Source: Leptogorgia sarmentosa (taxonomy: Eukaryota). From it: a DNA stretch of 64,000 bases. Each line of letters begins with the position of its first letter. The stretch's first letter is position 1. The notes beneath the pieces were generated by a model. That model was not told the origin of the DNA and did no database searches. It was given only the letters and a program-made list of their open reading frames with translations. The translations under genes and the position numbers were made by a program. Positions 63,328 to 64,000 of the stretch are shown here, piece by piece. The stretch is from the NCBI GenBank assembly GCA_964658305.1, contig OZ210885.1:9486001-9550000 (forward strand), read 5' to 3'.

Positions 63328-63450
63328 CGTCCCTGGTTGGACTCGAACCAACAACCTTTCGGTTAACAGCCGAACGCAGCCGAACGCAGCCGAACGCAGC
63401 CGAACGTAGCCGAACGAGCCGAACGCGCCAACCGATTGCGCCACAGAGAC
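63328..63450 (-). pseudogene. tRNA-Asn(GTT) pseudogene with internal 10-bp repeat expansion
   Basis: Asn body GTCTCTGTGGCGCAATCGG...GGCTGTTAACCGAAAGG, with agccgaacgc repeated about 6 times. Confidence 0.88.
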
Positions 63451-64000
63451 CTACTCCAGTGAAAACCTTCCGAAGAGAAATATAATTACACTCTAACACA
63501 CCGTGACCATTTTATGTCTAAACTACATGATTAAATACACAGAACAACTATTAGGAGGCGGGCATCTCGTGTTTATTACGCAGCATTGTGTTACAGCAGT
63601 TCAACGACTGATTTACTCATAAATCGTTTAATGAATAGGACAGTGGCGTAACAAGTGGGGGTGCTGTGGGGGGGCAAAGTCAAAATTTTCCCGACAAATT
63701 TAAGGTAAACCTTAAACCAGTTTTAAACCTTATACCAGTTTTTACCAATTAGCGGTCCTCGAAACTATAAATGGCCGATACATAACATATTCAATTGATA
63801 ATATTAATTGCGTCTATTAATATGACAATATTATATGCGTCCGATAATACTAATACATACTTTATTGAACAATTCCCAACATGTATTTTCAATGCCCATT
63901 GCAGTATACAATTTTATACAACAAAAATATCAATACCTATCTACGAAGTTCTAACCACAAAATTAAATAATGGTTATTGCATGCATTGATCAATAACGCA

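Noticed and set aside
48704..63450. Functional link between the HEPN gene and the tRNA cluster as substrate or antidote
   Set aside because: Only proximity (about 11 kb) supports it; tRNA clusters can be abundant and linkage means little in eukaryotes.

Overview
AT-rich animal genomic DNA with GT-AG introns; the repeat and protein families suggest a cnidarian, which is my inference. The main feature is a minus-strand gene that I could assemble by hand into 12 phase-consistent exons (49289->4458, 3600 nt, about 1199 aa). It encodes an N-terminal HEPN-like domain with an intact RxxxxH motif (RNPWAH), a coiled coil, an APAF-1-type NB-ARC ATPase with helical domain, and WD40 repeats: an apoptosome/NLR-like protein with a putative RNase where APAF-1 has its CARD. 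A broken NACHT exon lies in intron 3. The 18.8-kb intron 6 holds nested transposons: an OTU-bearing Helitron/Helentron, interrupted by a 7-8 bp-TSD element, which contains an 8.5-kb Mutator-like element carrying a Ser/Thr kinase (itself hit by a Harbinger MITE) and a palindromic foldback element. The 3' WD40 exons are duplicated almost perfectly at a 6364-bp offset. Upstream of the gene are many MITEs, a second foldback-type element end followed by a spliced ParB/Srx-like pseudogene, and a cluster of 8 tRNA genes and pseudogenes. All domain calls rest on motif recognition by eye; no database search was run.
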